From contig NW_003314383.1 in assembly GCF_000143415.4 (NCBI RefSeq), positions 190,738 through 254,737 on the forward strand: a DNA stretch of 64,000 nt, given 5' to 3'. Positions 1-11,322 of the stretch are shown here, piece by piece; the stretch's first letter is position 1, and every line of letters starts with the position of its first letter. The notes under the pieces were generated by a model. That model ran no database searches, was not told where the DNA came from, and was given only the letters and a program-made list of their open reading frames with translations. Source of the stretch: Selaginella moellendorffii (lineage: Eukaryota; Plantae; Lycopodiophyta). The position numbers and the translations under genes are program-made.

Positions 1-335
1 CCCTATCTCAAGATCCACATCCATTGCCTTGATCAAGAAAACCTTCTCAGTACACTGAAGCACCTTCCAAGAGTTTGTGAGCGGATTGCCCACAGCCAGA
101 GACCGTGAGTGCCTTCCGTCTCCGGCCACCCAGCAAGCGTGCCACAAACGAGCCCATTTGCCATGACATGGCTCTCAAACATTGGAGGGAACTCCAAGCG
201 GGCCGAGAGGCAGCGATTATGGCTTGAGTGGTCGGCTGGAGAAAGGGCGCTAGAGGACTGTGGATTGGGCGCCACGGGAGAGAATCATCCGGACCACCCA
301 GGGAATGCCATGATGCTGTTCCTTCCCGTGGCGAT

Positions 336-710
336 CTAGAAACGAGCGAGAGGAAAGAATGTGGTACTAGGCACTCGCATTCGCAGGAGGATGTCCATAA
401 GCAATTCCTGCTCCTTATCAAGGAAACCATTCATTGCCTCAAAAATCTCTTGGTCCATATGCACAAGGATCACCCATGACCATTCACCAAATTGCTGCTC
501 TTCAGAGAATGGGAAATAGTCTGCAATGTACTGTATGTGACAACTAGACCTTCCATCTTGTCCTGCCATTGAACATAGAACAACAAGCTTCTCCTTTCTT
601 CCTGGCACAGCCAGTATGCATGGTGCTAAGGCTATATAGTCTGCTTTCGTCTGCTTGATTGGCTGCTCTAGTCCTTGTCATCGCCTTGTTCCCACTTTCT
701 ATTGCAACAT
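336..710 (-). pseudogene. Degenerate trihelix (ASR3/SH4-like Myb/SANT) gene fragment, intronless paralog of 6583-7012
   Basis: YFPFSEEQQFG..ILVHMDQEIFEAMNGFL aligns with YFPLSREQYYG.GILKHMNRDIFEVVDAFI at 6583-6795. DNA similarity is visible. Contains stops and frameshifts. Confidence 0.5.
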
Positions 711-2649
711 GAAGAAATTAAAAGAATTTAATTTAGGGTCGACTATAGTACACATAATTATTAAATATGTCTCTTGGATAAATCTATTATTTAGTTTTCA
801 AGTTTTAAGTTGAATATAAAGTTGAAATATATGTTATGAAATATTTTTTCTTAGTGAGAATAAATCTAATTATGAGTGCTAGGGATATAGGAATAGGTAT
901 ATTAATTGAGGTTTAGACCCGTGCTTATATACAAAAATGGATGGATTACATTCACTCTGAAATATATAGTCTATATGTTTTAGTATTATAATTAGTGTAC
1001 TACTTAGACAGGGTAATAAATGTATATACATCCATATATTTATAAACATTATACCATCCTCCTCTCTAGAAGATGAAAAAGTGATGACAATAAATTAAAT
1101 GAAATATCTAGAGCTTTTGTTGGATGATTACAAACTACTATAAGAATCTGAAACTCTTACAAAATTACTAAAAAAATTGTTGACAACTATAACTGAAACA
1201 AAACCTAGAGTCATGGCATAAGCATCAGTCAATTATAGAATCCCGATGAACTAATTACAACTCTATATGCAATTGCTAAATGCTTAAATCAATATCAAAA
1301 TCATAATTTTGAACCAAAATAAGGGACTTTAAGAGCCATTGCAATCTATAAAGCACCATTGCAAAAAATAATATATCCCATCTCTAAGTTTATTTGTTGA
1401 CAATCCTCCAATACCATCATTAACTTAGACTTATGACCATAAGTAAAATTTACCTCTTCGTATTTGTTTAGCATTGTATATAGGAAATTGAACTCACTCC
1501 ATTTATCCTCTATATCCTTTTTATTATAAGTAACTAAAAAGAATGATTTGAAAAATAATCTATAGGATTCAAATATAAAAGGAAAGGGTTTATGAATAAA
1601 AGTGCACCCCCTTTTCTAACTAACCTTTTCAACATATAACTCACATTGATTAATGGAAAAATTAATAAAAATGTCTACACTTCTAAAGGAACAAATAGAT
1701 AAAACAAAGACTTTCAATAACACTCATAATTAAAGACATACACTCAATTTGAAACTCTAGCCAAAGTGATTTAACCCTTGGAACAAGGGAATATTCAACA
1801 CCAAAATTGATCAAAAACACTACTAATGAATAAAAGTAAGATTCTCAACTTCATGCACATATGTAACATCTAAACTAATATGAGGACATAAAACATTTAA
1901 CTCAACACTGGACTAAAAATGAGAATTATAAGAGTCATAAATGATTAGTGTGCAAAGAGAAGAAAACACTATAGATAAGAAAGAAATTGAAAATGTGGCT
2001 CAAGCTGATAAATAAAAAAAGGTTAGGAAAGAGTAAAAGGTAAAGAGAAATAATCAAATGACAAATTGAAGGATTAACACCTACCTCGTGAAATCTCCAC
2101 TTCATCTCCAAAGTTATCTTCATAATAATTAAGTTTGTCAAAATGATTTGGAATCCACTTGGGTTTATACACATCGTCTTCCCATAAATTTGATCCTTGA
2201 ATATTTTCCAAAAATTAGACTGCATCATCCATAACTCACTAATCGATATCACACTTATGCTTCATCTTAACCAAAGATGGTAGAACAGGACAAACCATAT
2301 AATCATATCCCACAAAAGTTGGAGATGGTAGCACACCAAAGATGAATATAGCACCAATATAATCACACTTCACAGCATAAAAAGTTTAATCCAACAGAAT
2401 AGTATTAATAGCCTTAAGTGATGTACTTTTTAATTGATGATAGGATGGCATAGTAGAAGAAGAGAATGCAATGAAAATCAAAAGAAAGAATAAATCTAAC
2501 CACAGTAATAGCTAAAGTTCTAGATTTTGCAAAAAACTAATATACATCTAAATCTAAAAGAGAATGAAGGAATAAGAACAAAAAGCACAATCCCAAATAC
2601 TAAAGTAAAACATTGTTAAAAAATTTTGCTCTTTAGGGACAAATTGTAA

Positions 2650-2843
2650 TGCTTCTCATCTCCATTAATGTGAGTGCATGAAATATGGAAATGAAATACA
2701 AAAATGTGCATATCAATTAGCTCAAAAACTTTAGCTTATATACAAAAGTGAGTGGTCCAAATTAAAATTAATCTTACAGCTACCAAAATTTTACTATATT
2801 AATATTAGTATACAGCATCATAGCTGTACACTTGGGCCTCGCA
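2650..2843 (-). mobile_element. Short LTR (2669-2843) plus degenerate PBS, same family as 52446-52621
   Basis: Reverse complement TGCGAGGCCCAAGTGTACAGC...GCACTCACA matches TGTGAGGTCCAAATGTATACC...GCACTCACA at 52446. It is followed by AT-rich decayed sequence toward about 750. Confidence 0.6.
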
Positions 2844-2896
2844 TAACAATTTTAAAATAATATAACATAGTATAACAATTATTATTATTTAGTAAC

Positions 2897-2919
2897 AGAG
2901 AGAGAGAGAGAGAGAGAGA
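2897..2919. repeat. (AG)n microsatellite
   Basis: Direct read. Confidence 0.9.
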
Positions 2920-3815
2920 AACCAATTAGATCCATTGGTATAGCTTTGTAAACCAAACTCATCAATTAAAAGAGTGATGATGTTAATGTATGTGTATAAA
3001 CAAAAGAGAATCCATTGTGTTCCACTGTAATTCTTGCAAGAAATTGAAGTATGAGATGATGTGTAAGTAAGAAATTATAAAATAAAGAAGACAATGTAAT
3101 AATATACTTATAATTTTGCAATTTTCCTTCCTCCAAGTGAATTCTTAAGAGGTCACCAACTAAGGTTTTTGTGAGGCATCATCCAATGAAGATCTCCAGA
3201 AAGACTATGTTACTGTTGAATATTGTTGGAGAAAAAATAACAATTTCAAATATTTAAAAACAAAAACTAAACTGTCAGAATTTACTAAAAATCCTAGACA
3301 TGTTAATCTAATTGCATATTAACTGTTAGATGGTAGACTATATTAAAACATTATTCCCATTATCCTACAGATTATTCGTGGTAAAAAGCGTCTGCCACGT
3401 GGAGATTCGGATTAACTGTTTCCTTGCTGCGAAGAGCCCTAAAAACGTTATGGCGGGGCGGTGGTTCTTCCTTCTTCCATCGGTAACCGCTCTCCGCGAT
3501 TGCTGCGCGCCATAGAAAAATTGTTTAGATTGTGATTGTCTCTCAATGCAGCATTCGAGTTCTTCTCTCCAGGGTTTCTATCAGTGATGTTATTGTCGCC
3601 CCGTATTTCTCATTTTCACGCAGCGGCATTCTAATCGCTAAAGCATCAAGAAATCTCAGCTCGTTTGAGTAGTTGCTGACTAAATTTCTTCTTTTCTTTC
3701 TTTTCTTCAGCGAATTTTAGGAAGCTCCGAAGAACACACCCGGGTCGTGTAAGAATTTTTCATCTCTTGACATGATGGTGATAGTTGTTTATTTTTTTCA
3801 GAGGCGGTGCTGGCT

Positions 3816-5569
3816 ATGGCTGAAATCACTTCATCTTACAGTGTTGTGGACACCGACCATGAATTCGCATTTCCGCAAGCCTCGAAACAAGAAAGCAAGG
3901 CTCTTGATGCTCCAGAAAAGGATCAAAGTAGCTGCCTGAATGCTTCACCAGACGAAATCCTTGAGCTTCTTAAAGGAGACCACTCTTGCGAGGCAACCAA
4001 ACTCATCGAGGAGTCTGGAATGATCGAAGTGGATGAAGCTCCCTCGGAAGATCGAATGCATGCCTCGACGATGGTGTACAGCTTCATTGGTGATCCGGGT
4101 GCCTCTTTTCTGGGAAACGTTGACACCAAAGAGCGTGACTGGGTTTCTATCCCAGCTCCGGTTAAACCAGAAGATCAAGCTGCTTCTATCGTCTACGATC
4201 AAGACACTCTCGCAAAATCGCCAGAAAACACAGGATGGATTTCCGTGGACGTGCCTGGCCATCAGAAACAATCCGACGATACGTGCTCGGTACCGTGCTC
4301 GCTGGTGGAATGGATAACTGTGGACATGCCTCCGAAAACTGGACAAGCTGACGCATCGACGAAGCGAGGCATGCAGTATAGCGAGCATGTTTGCGTCAGC
4401 TTCTCGGAGAGAACTCAACAAAACTCCGGGGGTCACAAGTACTACTCGGCTGCCAGTTCGCAAGCTTGCGGCATTGGACCGGTTCCAAGGACACGCAAAA
4501 GGCGAACGATTTCTGGGAAGATCAGAGCAAGAATAGAAGCACTTGAGAATTCATTCCGACAGGTAAAACAGTTCGAACAGGTTTCATTTACCTTTGTAAC
4601 ATTGCTGTACGCACAGGAGCTAGACCGCTTGAATTCCCCGCTCACGAAAGTGAAAAACAGAAGAATTCACGAGGGTCTGAGACGTGGAGCTGCCGCAGCT
4701 GTTGCCATTGACGAGGGAGGAGTGCCAAACTTTAAGGAAGTGCAGCAAAGAATAAAGCGGCTGAGTTTGTGCGAGGAGAAGCCACCGAGGCCAATCCATC
4801 AGCTCGGTCGATTCGAAAGCCAGGCAGCGACGTTCCCAGCGACGTTCCGGTCTCAAGTGCCGGAAACTGTCATTAGCGAGTGCCAAAGCTCGCAAGCTAA
4901 CAGTGACGGGTCCTCCATGGTCCCGGAAACAAGTAACGAAGTGAAAAACGTTTCCGAGCAGCTATTGCCTGAACTAAACCGTGGAGTGGAGCCCGATGAT
5001 GAGCCAGTGAAACCGGATAATTTCGAGGATGAAGAATGGGAGCTCGCAGGAAAAAACGGTGCACAGCCAGACCAAGAAAAAGAGGTAATTATATGTTTAC
5101 TTTTCTCTCGCTGAAGTCTTCGTGCCTTCTTCACAGTTTGAACTTGAAGGAGTTCCAGTGGAATTGACAGAGGGAATTCCCAAGTGCAAGAATCAAACTT
5201 CTGTGGGTGGATTGGTTAAGCAGGTAAACCGGCCACCTGAGAGCTTTTCGTATGTGTTCCAGTTTATTCAGTCCGTGTTTACTAGCTTACAGGTTATCAG
5301 TGGAGCAGCGCTACTGGCAGGACTCATATTTTTGTGGCCAAGGGGTAACAACTTGATCTGGAGGTGCGCGGGTGGATTAGAGTTTCTTTTTGCAAATTTG
5401 CCTCTTTCTTTCCACAGTTTCTTCGTGTTTATATTTTGCTTGCTACTCCCGGGGACTTGATCTTTCTGACCATTGTGTTTTGTTCTTTGCTCGCGTCCCT
5501 GTTGTTCGTAAAGGGCTCCTCAGAAAAGGAAGAGGCAAGCATAAGAGACTTTCGTTATCTCAAGTTTAA
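3816..5569 (+). CDS. Uncharacterised acidic/disordered protein with C-terminal transmembrane anchor (multi-exon, last exon uncertain)
   Basis: 435-aa ORF with GT-AG introns at about 4563-4616, 5084-5136 and 5224-5292. Hydrophobic VISGAALLAGLIFLW. Repeated WxxI/V motifs. Confidence 0.6.
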
Positions 5570-6381
5570 TCGTATTAACGTGACAATGTGTGTAGGTACA
5601 ACGTGGTGACGAAGGCAAGCTCGTATCAGGAAATTGCTTCTTACAGTGACTACAAGAAATCGCCAGGAAACCGGTTTAATCTGGAAGTAAGAACCCAAGC
5701 TAAATTGCTCTAATCTGAGTTTATCTTCGTGCAAGTGTTTCAAGGGATGAAAGTAGCACAATTCATTGGACTTTCATAACAAATAGAATTACTATCAGTT
5801 TAGTTCACGGGGAGATCTCTTTCCACATTAGCTCAAATCACAATGCTCAATTACAGAAAAACGCTGTAGCGTGGGCTTACTGTTAAGTGTTGCTAGATCC
5901 AATTCAGACTTGTGAAACTCCAAAGATTCTTGCTGTAAGGACAAAAGTTCGGGAGAAGGGAATTGTCTTCAAATAACAGGGTAAATGTTTCAAGCACTAA
6001 TAGTTTCTCAATCTTATTGTCGGGGAAGCCCGCAAAGGTTCTAGCCATTAATTAGTCTGTAAGTCAAGGAGCTTTAGAATCAACTTTGACACGAACGCAA
6101 GTAATTACAGATCTAAAACGCAGCTTTCGCATGCCCGTGGGAATCCTTTGGTCCTCTTTTAGCAGCCGATAGTAGAAGTATTTTGATTTTCCAGAAAAGC
6201 TGGGGACCAAATAGATTGGGTTGAATTGGACACGGCAAAAGATACAAAGTGGTGTTCCTTAAGTCTCTAATCTCGTAGCTTCACGACGAGTATCAACGTG
6301 TTCCAAAAGCGTGATTGGTTCCATGGGGGAATGTGCGTTAAGGCTTTGATATTAATCTTTTTCTCTTGATGTTATGTAATT

Positions 6382-6466
6382 GTGAGCGTGCCGGAGTGGT
6401 TATCGGGCATGACTAGAAATCATGTGGGCTCTGCCCGCGCAGGTTCGAATCATCCTGCCGCTCACG
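6382..6466 (+). tRNA. tRNA-Ser(AGA) with a 3-nt ATC duplication in the T arm (possible pseudo-tRNA)
   Basis: GTGAGCG acceptor stem, CATGA-CTAGAAA-TCATG anticodon arm, long variable arm. GGTTCGAATCATCCTGC instead of canonical GGTTCGAATCCTGC. Confidence 0.85.
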
Positions 6467-6582
6467 TTTACATCTTGGAATTTTATGCTTTTCGTTGAAT
6501 ACTAAAAAGCCTTAAAGCACGTGAATCTCGTGAATAAAAGCATGCACGCTCGTTGAAAAGAAAGATTTAGTTTTGGCTAGGT

Positions 6583-7012
6583 TTAGTTCCGCCTAATCTT
6601 GTATTGAATGAAAGCATCCACTACCTCAAAAATATCTCTGTTCATATGTTTGAGGATCCCATAGCCATAATATTGTTCTCTAGAAAGTGGGAAATACTGT
6701 TCAGGGTGCTTACTGAAGTGACACTTCAGATTCCTGTACATTAAAACAAGAATCCTCCATTGATGGGAGCATTCTATCTTGGATGTTCTCTGCAATCTCC
6801 TCCTATACAGCTTTATGAGACAAGTTGCTCTGCAAGTGTTCCTGGCAACATATCAAGGCCATATGCTCTTTTTTGCTCCATCCTCCACGACGCTTGATCG
6901 GCTCCTCTGGTCCCTATCAGAATATATTCAAGTTCATGCTACAAATATTTAATTGAAGGAATACCTTGTCATCGTCGCCTAGTGTGCGTGTTCCATTTCC
7001 ATTGCACCCCAT
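6583..7012 (-). pseudogene. Trihelix (ASR3/SH4-type) transcription factor pseudogene
   Basis: WSKKEHMALI...AV*EEIA..RTSKIECSHQWRILVLMYRNLK..YFPLSREQ..MNRDIFEVVDAF. Intron 6914-6964, TAG at 6803-6805 where Trp is expected, and a frameshift. Confidence 0.55.
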
Positions 7013-7112
7013 CCTAAATAAAAGAGCAAAACGTAAAGCAGATTATATAGTACGGACATTAGCGCTTAAATTCGAACCAAAGTTTGATAATTTTCGGGTT
7101 TAGGGTTTTGCC

Positions 7113-7803
7113 ATGGGAGGAAGCAAGGTATGGCGACCGCATTCGTTTTCCTTCTAGAGCCATTGCCTTCGCGCATTTTCTTTGCAGCGTTCTGGGGATT
7201 TGCTGGCTCTGGAGCGCATCACTCCTCTGGGTAAGCGTTTATTTTTTTCACGGATCGATCGCCTCAAGGTCAAATGCGCTCTTTTGATTTTGACCAGAAA
7301 AGAGATTGCGTGTATGTAATGAAGGGGAAAATCCAACGGAACAATCTTCTGATCGTCTGTCAGTCTTGAGCAGGGTCAAAGAATTTTTACCTTTGATAGA
7401 CACGGCAAATCGCAAGCTTTCTTCGGATGATCAGGTTTTTGTTCGTGTGATTTCTTCTTTGGGATTTACCTTTCAAATCCAGGAGAAAGGCTCAGCGAAA
7501 CTAGACATAGAGCACTTGACGAATGGAGAAGAAGCTCCTCACATTCGAATGGTACGTGAACTTTGGGAACTTCCACTGACCGGATTTGCAATATCCAGGA
7601 CCTGGCACTCGGAGTCACGGAACTTTACACGCCGGAAGCCATTTTAGCAGCACAGCAAGCAGTGGGCGGCCGCGTCCAAGATCAACCGGAGCTTCTAAGC
7701 AACTCAAGTGATTCCGCCGAGCAAGACACTGGAGAAGAAGAATCCGAAGAATCCGAAGAAGAAGAAGAAGAAGAAGAAGAAGGACCAGAAGAAGTAGAAG
7801 AAC

Positions 7804-7837
<34 letters not shown>

Positions 7838-7880
7838 AAAACGAGACGATGAAGGAGAAGATGAAGAAGAAAATCAATGA
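7113..7880 (+). CDS. NOPCHAP1: NOP protein chaperone 1-like (DUF4598) with poly-Glu tail
   Basis: SVLSRVKEFLPLIDTANRKL, LDIEHL...PHIRM/DLALGV motifs. Multi-exon. GAA-repeat acidic tail. Upstream telo-box. Confidence 0.7.
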
Positions 7881-8509
7881 ATGAAGACCTCAACAAGAAC
7901 TGACGACTCTTCAAGCAAACATACGTGATCTATTCACAAGGAATGTTTTTACAGAGAAGATTTGAGATGGCCACCTTTGATCCTCCACCCTGACAATCGC
8001 GATGTAGATCGAGGAGCTTGGCTTTCCCGGGCGGTTTAGAGTTATATGCCGCTGTGTGGCCATTGGTGGATGACCAAAGCTTCTACGCTAGTGGAGAGAA
8101 GTTCGCGATGCTGCTCTAGAACCTCGTCACTTTGCGGCCTCCATGGAATCGGAGTCGTCGTTAATGGCAATGAAGGCAGCGTATCAACACCATCGAGCTT
8201 TATAGCTTTGGCACACCTGCAAAACTTGCGTGCCAAGAGAAATTTGAGACGGTGTCACAGCTTGATCAAGACTTACATGAGAAGGTCGCGCGAGGATATT
8301 ATTCCATGAGGGAGAACCGATCTCGAAGTCCAGCATTGGCTTGCTTTTTATTTTTCGTAACGCAATCGCAAATAGTAGTGAAGTCTTCCTGCAAGCAACA
8401 CGAGTTAGAACGGGAAACTTTCAAGAATGGAGCTCAGAGCTAGACTGTTCTTGGGAAGTACCAAAGTGATCCACAAAAGCCATACCTTTTGCTGATTACG
8501 AAGATGTTG

Positions 8510-9706
8510 TCACGCGATCCACGTCTCAACGGCGTCACAGCACACGAGGCACGGGATGCTCCAGGTCTGAGCACACTTGTCGACGCTCTCCTTGCACAAG
8601 TCGCACAGCACCAGATGCCCGCACGGAATGGCAAACCATCGAGCCGAAGCTGCGCAATCCTTGCAGAGCTTGCACGTCACCCCACTGCATTGGTTCAGAG
8701 ATGGCGGGATGTTCTCGACGTTGTCCAGGAATATGTTGCGGCTGAACAAGGAGTCCTGGAAGGTGTCGCTTGGCTGCAGAGCTGGAGAAGGCCGTGGCTC
8801 TGGCAACTTCTTCGCCTGCTCGAGCCTCGTAGCCTCTGTGGTGGCCGGCGGGACACTCTTGAGGACTACGTGTGTCGCTGGTCCCAAACCCACTGGCTCG
8901 ACTTTCGGCTCACAGATTTCCGGCCACGCACGAATGAAGTCGCTCAGTTTCTCGAAACCAAGTGCTGTGTGGTCGATCTCCAGCCCACAGGTTGCCCGGA
9001 AGTCGCCTTTGAGCGAGCAGAGTGGATAAGATTCCCCTTCCTCGAGGCGCTTGGAAACCTCGGTCAGAAAACCAGGCAGCCAGTCTCGGAACCTCTGAGC
9101 CCAGGGAGGAAGCGATGGAGAATTCACCAGGCTTGCCGGAGGAGCGTCTTCCTTCTTCGAGATGTCATCGGCTTGCGGGAGTAAGTCTTTGGCAACACGA
9201 GCGTCCAGCACGTCGATCATAGTCTGCCAGGCATGAAAAAGAATGAAGCTTTGGAGAATTTTCAGCAGCGTACCCTCTTTCCATAGATGTACCCGCTCTT
9301 CGTCCGGGTCGCTTCAAGGAAAGAGTTCTTGTTCCTGAATGTCACGATGCCAAACCTCCCTCGCTGGCCGTCGGCCGAATGGAATGGAAGCACGACCGCG
9401 TCCAAGACCGGGCCGAAATTCTCCTCGAGGAAGCAAAACAGGGCCTCTGCAGACAAATGCGCGAGATTACGAGGCGATCGATGGAAATATCTGCGTAGAA
9501 GAGAGGGATTTCGATCGCGAGCGCGAGCGCTTACCCGAATCGACGAACTCAGGCAAGCCGGAGAAGAGAACCTTCTTCATTCTGCGTGAATCGGAGCCCG
9601 CCAGCGCTGCGCATTCACTCGAGATGGATCCTGACCTCGACAGCTGCTGGATGAGCGAATTACCCGCGCATTTGGCCCGATCGCTCGGGCGCCTAAGGCC
9701 TAGCAT
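8510..9706 (-). CDS. RRM + OST-HTH/LOTUS + RING-type zinc finger protein
   Basis: KKVLFSGLP / FGPVLDAVVL..RGRFGIVTF (RRM). YPLCSLKGDFRATCGLEIDHTALGFEKLSDFIR (LOTUS). CKLCKDC..PCGHLVLCDLC..CLVC (RING-HC). Two introns. Confidence 0.75.
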
Positions 9707-9899
9707 CACTCTGTTCTAGGGTTTTAACGTCCCTCCATTTGTTATATACCTCATCTGGTGGTCATTCCGGATGGAAAGTCCAGAAGATTATAGCCCTACA
9801 TTTTAAAAAGCCCGCCACTGACCTTTATCTTCTAAAAGTCATCCCCGCCGTCCGTTGCCATTGAAAGCATCCAGATCGTCCAGTTCCTATGGATGAGCT

Positions 9900-11295
9900 A
9901 TGGCGGTCTTTAGTGCGTTCCTTCCCATTCCGCCACTTTGCTCGCGACGACGATCATGTCAAATATTTCGAGAAAGGCGCCATGGAGCAGCTCGAGCATC
10001 CAAGAATTCCTGCATTGTAGGGGCGCTCGTCATCGATGGCCCTTGCGCCAATCCCCAAACCCTCGAGGATTCGATCGATCAGGTATTCTCTCGAGGTTCG
10101 CTCTGCGACTTACCGCCGCGGTTCAGGCTAGAGAAGCAATCCAAAGAGCTGTGGACGATGGCAAGAAAACGCAGCAGCTAGAGCTTCTACTCCCGGTGAA
10201 CCAGCGAGAATTTAATTTTCTCGACACGGAGCCGAGGTACTTTCTATGTTCTATAATTCCAGAGCTACCTATAGATTTTTCGCTCGAGCAGGGACTATCC
10301 TTGTGGTGTTGGAGAGGAATTCCAGGCTTGCAGCAAAATGGTCACCGCAATTTTTCGTGGAATGCAAGAAGGTGGCCAAGCACTGGATTCACGAAGAATT
10401 GGCGAAGTTGAGAACGAGATGGATCCAGTCGGATTGATCTATCCTTCGTCGAAGACCATTGCAGCCGTGGTCTTTCCTATAGCCGAGACACTCAACCAGG
10501 TAAGTTCCTCTCTCTCGAATCCTTGGTTTTGGATTATAAAGCTTTCTCATGGCAGATTAGATCTTTGGTCAAGAGCGATCCAACAAGGCCACTTCTTCTG
10601 GTAAATCCACAGTGGAAAGCATCGGGCCAAGTTGTTTCGGACTTTGGATTTGGACCATGGAAAAGGTTGGTTTTTGAGATGTTTTTCATCGACTTTTGAT
10701 AATCATATTTACAGGAAAGCTGAGGAATTCTTGGAAAATTTCGAGAGAGTCTACAGCCTCATTGAGCAACGAATCGGAGAAGCCTCAAACGTTACATCCT
10801 CTTCCACTGGAGGAGTGGTCCGGCTTCTAAAATGTTATTCCTATGACTGGCACGTAAGTTTGAGCTTTAGGACTACGAGAAAAAAAATCGTCCTCATGGT
10901 TTTTGGTGGGTGGAAACAGGTATACTTGATGTCCTGGGATGGAAACAGCGAGCTCCTTGGAAAGTTTCCAAACCAGCCGACGTATAAAGAGCTTGAAAGC
11001 CTCGTTTCACAGGTATCGCTGCTCGAAATCGTTCTTCTCATGTTAACGTTGATGTGTCCAGGCACGAAAGGCGATGCCATGGAAAGCACCTCCAAGGATG
11101 CTTGGTGGCTCAGAGCCAGCACCACCTCCACTGCCGAAATCTCTTTCAGCGCCACTCACAGCCGATGAGATTGATGCTATGGAGGCAGCGGCAGTGAGGC
11201 GTGCATTGATCGCCCTGGGCCAGCCATCATCCGGAAGAATCTCTACTCTGAGAGAAAGATTGAAAGAAGCTCAGCTCCAAAGACCGTCAGCCTAA
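9900..11295 (+). CDS. DUF1995-family plastid protein with C-terminal SAP-like motif
   Basis: P.TLEDSIDQAREAIQRAVDDG..LELLLP; PLLLVNPQW..GQVVSDFGFGPW; LLKCYSYDW..PTYKELE. Transit-peptide-like N-terminus. Confidence 0.75.
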
Positions 11296-11322
11296 AACCT
11301 TTGCGTTTTTTTAACACGTACA

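Noticed and set aside
5760-6350. Possible snoRNA/ncRNA cluster near tRNA-Ser
   Set aside because: No convincing C/D boxes or snRNA USE promoter found by eye; needs Infernal.
7615-7914. Leu-rich minus-strand ORF
   Set aside because: Antisense shadow of the GAA repeat encoding the poly-Glu tail.
8489-9184. 231-aa plus-strand ORF
   Set aside because: Antisense shadow of the LOTUS-RING exon.
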